63,595 nucleotides of DNA from Fidelibacterota bacterium (lineage in GTDB: Bacteria; Fidelibacterota; UBA2242), in NCBI GenBank assembly GCA_018002295.1, contig JAGNGI010000005.1:1-63595 (forward strand), written 5' to 3'. The translations under genes and the position numbers were made by a program. Positions 59,901 to 63,595 of this stretch are shown piece after piece. Every line of letters begins with the position of its first letter. Position 1 is the first letter of the stretch. The notes under the pieces were generated by a model. That model was not told the origin of the DNA. It did not search any database and saw only the letters and a list, made by a program, of their open reading frames with translations.

Positions 59901-61526
59901 ACCGAACTGATGCAAGGCGATATTTGGGTCGAAAGTGTTTATGGAAAAGGCAGTACCTTCTACTTTACCGCTGTCTTTAAAAAGCAGGAAAATCAGAAAA
60001 TCGAAGAATTTGTTCTTACTCCCGATTTACGAGGGTTAAAAGTTCTGGTTTGCGACGATAATAAAAGTTCTCGTTTAATTATCAAAGGCGCACTTGAGAC
60101 TTTCGGTTTTAAAGTCGTGCTGGCATCTTCCGGCAAAGCGGCTATAGAAATTTTAAAGAAACACAAAAGCAAACCATTTCAGCTTATTATAATGGACTGG
60201 AAAATGCCCGAAATGGATGGTATCGAGACTATTCAAACAATCCGAAAGGATCCTGAAATTCCCTCTGCACCAGCCATCGTTATGGTCAGCGCTTATAGTG
60301 AAGAAAAAATCATTGACAATATTGAAAAAATTGGAGTTGATGCATTTTTACTAAAACCGATCACCAATTCGACATTATTTGATACAATTATGCAGGTCTT
60401 TGGCAAAACCACTCCTAGGCGCAAACGCCAAGCCGACCGAGGCCAAAGACTTAAAAGTGAGTTGGCGCTCATCAAAGGCGCCCGGATCTTAGTTGCCGAA
60501 GATAATGAAATCAATGAGCAGGTTATAAATGGATTGCTTACTGCTTATGGAATGGACGTTATCGTAGCCGAAAATGGTCACGTTGCGGTTCAGAAATGTC
60601 AGGCGATGCCACCGGCGGAACTCGACCTGGTTTTTATGGACCTTGAGATGCCGGTATTGGATGGTTATGAAGCGACCAGGGCGATCCGTCAAATTGCGGG
60701 ATATGAAAAGCTACCGATTGTCGCGCTGACAGCCGATGCTATGTCCGGCACAAAAGGGAAAGTATTATCGGCGATGATGAATGATTACATTACCAAACCG
60801 ATTGATCCGAACGAGGTCTATAACATTCTGGTTAAGTGGATTCCAGCTAAAAGAAAAAAAATAAATAAAGGTGAATCTGAACAGCAGTTGGCTAAAAATC
60901 TAAATTTTCCAGAAGTATCTGGTATTGATGTCCAGTCTGGTTTGAGACGGGTCGCCGGTAACCAGCAATTATACGGAAAGATTCTGCAAAATTTTGTGCG
61001 TGAAAATAAAAATTTGATCACAAGCCTTCAAAATTACTTGGTAGATAATGACTTAGAAGCAGTTGAACATCGGGTACATTCTCTCAAGGGAAGCTCTGGT
61101 AATATCGGAGCCCAGAAATTATATGAAGTCGCTTCTGCGCTTGAAATGGAATTAAAATCAAAATCTCCTGATTCTAAAAATATTATGGAATTAATTCAGC
61201 AATTGAGTATGGAACTTGAGTTGGTTTTTAATACAATTCAAAAAATTGAATTGCCAGCCGAAATTATTAGTTCTGATAAAACCAATAAACCCGGGAAATG
61301 GGGAATTGAGCAGAAAAAGAAATGCCAGGAATTAAAAAAATACTTGGCTGAGTATGACGCAAGAGCCAGTGACATTTTCTATTTGATCAAGAGTGAATTA
61401 AGCCAATCAATTCCTGAAGTAGATTTGACAAAAATCGCCGAATCTATTGAGCAATACGATTATGATCAAGCCCTAAGTATTTTAGAGAAATTCATTGAAC
61501 TGGGCGACCAGGTCAATAAGGATTAA
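56901..61526 (+). CDS. Hybrid sensor histidine kinase: CHASE-type periplasmic domain, HAMP, four PAS, HisKA/HATPase, two REC, Hpt
   Basis: Two TM helices, [14 protein letters not shown] (HAMP), [35 protein letters not shown], two DD...D.MP receivers, HSLKGSSG (Hpt). Confidence 0.93.
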   Translation: MAKMKSINRGFFQKLSFRKKLIVIQLITVSTVIVFFIIFQVIINQIDYQRDVNEKLETTARIIGSNSIPAILFLDNETAENILASLRSENEIVNAWLFDHNKNLFATFARDGFENYDYPFFDSGRHKSHSRDVIYSLELNQEEMPVGQILIRYKMHPLSLVIIENLGLGVIVLLIGFGLALVLSFYTGKTVSNPIMALVDTIKEISTRHDYSIRLPKTTQDEIGILYDGFNEMLEQIQKKQEERDKAEKKLREANTIINRSPVVAFTWYNKPTWPVEFVSESVINLFGYTADEFIQGKISYESCIYPEDLPRVNSEVVKYSQTPDVQSFKHEPYRIVTKSGAIKWIDDLSFIIRSESGEITHYQGIVSDITERMEFEELLRQSEIRYRRISSVVSDYVFSAKINQDGVLVTDWVGGAFETITGFTFKEFSEAGGWRARLHPDDLEKDDHDFEKLKKNEPIQSELRFYTKSGELLWLRVYAYPVWDYKNNRLIGVHGAVQNINERKKAEQALQESEARYRLLFESNPAPIIIYERNTYNILAVNEAFLQFYGYSKDEILAMCLTDLYPADEKKKIVKMLNDLYDYQDAVEWHHLKKDGTMVTVIFRSNDLKYQGHDAHVAVITDVTERKLAEEKIKNLNIELEKRVTERTADLVKEIEEREKIALTLEQSRESLRTIIESIPFPVVLVNQDRTIRDANQATLDLLGFNSFDEIVGKNCYEILCIYNNDTCPILSPDQIVDKKETVIINKDKVNIPVLKSAVPIKIEGEEVLLETYVDILKIKIMEMELIQAKEQAQAATQAKSDFLANMSHEIRTPMNAIIGLTYLALQTELDARQHDYITKIKSSAQNLLEIINDILDFSKIEARRLKLENIDFNLEKVFQDTANVVTFKAHQKNLEIIFGIDKNIPRYLVGDPLRLHQILANLTNNAVKFTDTGEIIVRAEMDEEYDDTVKIKFSVKDTGIGLTKEQQDKLFQSFTQADSSTTRRYGGTGLGLAISKQLTELMQGDIWVESVYGKGSTFYFTAVFKKQENQKIEEFVLTPDLRGLKVLVCDDNKSSRLIIKGALETFGFKVVLASSGKAAIEILKKHKSKPFQLIIMDWKMPEMDGIETIQTIRKDPEIPSAPAIVMVSAYSEEKIIDNIEKIGVDAFLLKPITNSTLFDTIMQVFGKTTPRRKRQADRGQRLKSELALIKGARILVAEDNEINEQVINGLLTAYGMDVIVAENGHVAVQKCQAMPPAELDLVFMDLEMPVLDGYEATRAIRQIAGYEKLPIVALTADAMSGTKGKVLSAMMNDYITKPIDPNEVYNILVKWIPAKRKKINKGESEQQLAKNLNFPEVSGIDVQSGLRRVAGNQQLYGKILQNFVRENKNLITSLQNYLVDNDLEAVEHRVHSLKGSSGNIGAQKLYEVASALEMELKSKSPDSKNIMELIQQLSMELELVFNTIQKIELPAEIISSDKTNKPGKWGIEQKKKCQELKKYLAEYDARASDIFYLIKSELSQSIPEVDLTKIAESIEQYDYDQALSILEKFIELGDQVNKD

Positions 61527-61527
61527 T

Positions 61528-62622
61528 ATGGAGAATAAAAAACCTACAATCTTAATTGTTGATGACGTAGCAACGAATCTGAATTTTCTGAAAGGGCTAC
61601 TAATAAATGATTACGACATAAAAGCGGCCAATAACGGTCAATTAGCACTGAAAATCGCTCGAATGGGAGCAGGGCCCGATTTGATTCTGCTCGATATTAT
61701 GATGCCTGGTATGGATGGATTCCAAGTTTGTGAAGAGCTAAAGCGTGATCCGCGAACTCAGGATATTCCAATTATTTTTCTGACTGCCAGAACGGCAACC
61801 GATGATATTGTAAGAGGTTTTAAATCCGGTGGAGTTGATTATCTGACTAAGCCGTTTAATCCGCCCGAGCTACTGGCGCGCGTCCGTACCCATCTTTTAA
61901 TTAAGCAACAAAAAGATATCATCCTCGAACAAAACCGCGAGCAGAAAGAATTATTACATATTTTATGTCACGACCTTGCCAATCACTTTACTGTTATAAG
62001 TATGTCCCTCGATTTACTGAAAAGTGATTCAGCTATAACCGATTACCTCAGTAAAATAAAAACTGCGACTACCCATGGTATTGACATCATTAATTTAGTC
62101 CGAGAAATGCGTGCTCTCCAGGAGAAAAAAATAGAAATAAGTGCGGTGAACCTGAGCGAATGTTTGGCAGAATCGGTTTTGCTACTTGGTGATCGCTTTG
62201 AGCAGAAAAATGTTAAACTGTTGATAGATATTAACCATAGCCTATGGGTAATGGCAGAGAGATGTTCTTTAATCAATTCAGTTATTAATAATTTGATGAC
62301 GAATGCCCTGAAATTTTCCTTTGAAGGAGGGCAGGTCGAAATTTCGGCGGCAGAAGAAGATGACGCCGTGATTTTCAAAATCCAAGATCATGGAATTGGC
62401 ATGCCAGCTGAGTTGATGAGCCAGATTTTTGATATAACTAAAATTACAAGTCGCCCTGGGACTAAAGGCGAAATTGGAACCGGTTTTGGGATGCCATTAG
62501 TTAAATCTTTCGTCGAATTTTATGGTGGCGAAATCGAGGTGGAGTCGCGAGATATTAAGAAATACGCCGACGATCATGGTACTTTAATCACAATTAAATT
62601 CATTAATGCTAAAAATAATTAG
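61528..62622 (+). CDS. Response regulator-histidine kinase hybrid (REC-HisKA-HATPase)
   Basis: IVDD, LLDIMMP, LCHDLAN, NALKFS, DHGIG, GTGFGM. Start placed at ATG 61528, 1 nt after the upstream stop. Confidence 0.9.
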   Translation: MENKKPTILIVDDVATNLNFLKGLLINDYDIKAANNGQLALKIARMGAGPDLILLDIMMPGMDGFQVCEELKRDPRTQDIPIIFLTARTATDDIVRGFKSGGVDYLTKPFNPPELLARVRTHLLIKQQKDIILEQNREQKELLHILCHDLANHFTVISMSLDLLKSDSAITDYLSKIKTATTHGIDIINLVREMRALQEKKIEISAVNLSECLAESVLLLGDRFEQKNVKLLIDINHSLWVMAERCSLINSVINNLMTNALKFSFEGGQVEISAAEEDDAVIFKIQDHGIGMPAELMSQIFDITKITSRPGTKGEIGTGFGMPLVKSFVEFYGGEIEVESRDIKKYADDHGTLITIKFINAKNN

Positions 62623-62634
62623 GAGGAGCAATTT

Positions 62635-63595
62635 ATGCTGAAAGTGTTGATTGTTGATGACAATAATGAGAGTCGTTCCCTATTAGAGTCGTTTCTTAAC
62701 CGTCATGACTACCAGGTATTTTCTGCGGTTAACGGCAAATTGGCGCTGGATATTTTGGAGAATAATAGCATTGATTTAATCATTTCGGATATTTTGATGC
62801 CAGAGATGGATGGCTATATGTTATGCAATATTGTTAAATCTGATCCGCGCTGGAAGGACATTCCATTAATTTTCTACTCGGCTACTTTTACTTCACGACA
62901 AGATGAGATTTTCGCCTTGAAATTAGGCGCTTCGCGATTTATACGTAAACCGGTTGAATCGGACCTTTTTCTGAATATTATTCAAGAAGTTCTGCAAAAC
63001 CGAATTGAAGGGAGTCTGGAAGTCGCCTATCCAAGGTTTCAAGATGAAAAAGATGCTTTCAAGTTATATAGTGAACGCATAATCAAGAAATTGGAAAAAA
63101 ATGTAAGTGAACTTGAAGAAAGTGAGGAGCATTATAGAGCCATTTTTGAAAATGCGGCGATTGGGCTCTATCGTTCTACTCCGGATGGCAGAATTTTAAT
63201 GGCAAACCCGACCTTGGTAAAAATGCTTGGCTTCGATTCTTTCGAGGAATTATCAAAGCTGAACGTCGAAGAAGAAGGATTTGTTCTCAAGCACCCGCGG
63301 TCGGAATTTAAAAAACGGATCGAAACCGAAGGAAAGGTTCAGGGTTTAGAATCAGTTTGGAAGCGTAAAGATAACTCGCTCATTCACGTTCGCGAAAGCG
63401 CTATTGCGGTTCGAGATTCAAGGGGTGTAACCAAATATTATGAAGGCACCGTCGAGGATATTACAGCCCGCAAAAAGGCGGAAGAAGAATTAAGGGAAAG
63501 TGAAAAACACTATCGCGAATTAATTGATGGAATGATCGAGACAGTCTGGATTATAGATTTTAACGGCGATCTTATGGACGTTAACCGAACTGCAA
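62635..63595 (+). CDS. REC-PAS-PAS signalling protein, 3'-truncated by the window edge (not in the ORF track)
   Basis: AGGAGG RBS; MLKVLIVDDNNES...ISDILMPEMDG...RKP; then PAS units (YRAIFENAAIGLYRSTPDG, YEGTVEDITARK); open to the end. Confidence 0.9.
   Translation, partial: MLKVLIVDDNNESRSLLESFLNRHDYQVFSAVNGKLALDILENNSIDLIISDILMPEMDGYMLCNIVKSDPRWKDIPLIFYSATFTSRQDEIFALKLGASRFIRKPVESDLFLNIIQEVLQNRIEGSLEVAYPRFQDEKDAFKLYSERIIKKLEKNVSELEESEEHYRAIFENAAIGLYRSTPDGRILMANPTLVKMLGFDSFEELSKLNVEEEGFVLKHPRSEFKKRIETEGKVQGLESVWKRKDNSLIHVRESAIAVRDSRGVTKYYEGTVEDITARKKAEEELRESEKHYRELIDGMIETVWIIDFNGDLMDVNRTA

Overview
A 63.6 kb bacterial chromosomal window from a diderm organism (heptose adenylyltransferase, TonB-dependent receptor). 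An FCB-like lineage such as Marinimicrobia/Calditrichota is an inference from gene content only. Layout: (i) 1-6.9 kb, envelope and housekeeping genes on the minus strand (partial arylamine N-acetyltransferase, LysM lytic transglycosylase, rfaE2, DUF2851-like, plsC, class II aldolase, serS). (ii) 6.9-24.4 kb, a Wzx/Wzy surface-glycan locus that includes an unusual WecA-WcaJ double phosphoglycosyl-transferase fusion, a small PGT with an Asn-Glu dyad, and legB/legC without the rest of the legionaminate pathway. (iii) 24.5-36.1 kb, a core block (tsaD, rpsA, cmk, rluB, scpBA, trpS). (iv) 36.3-41.0 kb, a 4.7 kb AT-rich, integrase-less island at the 3' end of tRNA-Ala(GGC). It is bounded by an 8-bp direct repeat and carries one tight operon: XRE controller, HNH-type restriction endonuclease, methyltransferase-TRD fusion, 3-TM protein, ThsB-like TIR. 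(v) A UshA-like selenoprotein that the ORF track truncates (C-G-U motif, in-frame UGA and a SECIS-like hairpin 11 nt downstream). (vi) 42-54 kb, mixed metabolism plus tRNA-Arg(CCG), purC and archease-rtcB. (vii) 54.3-63.6 kb, a TonB receptor, YfiR, CHASE/HAMP/PAS hybrid kinase phosphorelay operon running off the end. No CRISPR array, rRNA or intact transposase/integrase was seen. All family calls come from motif recognition, not from database searches.
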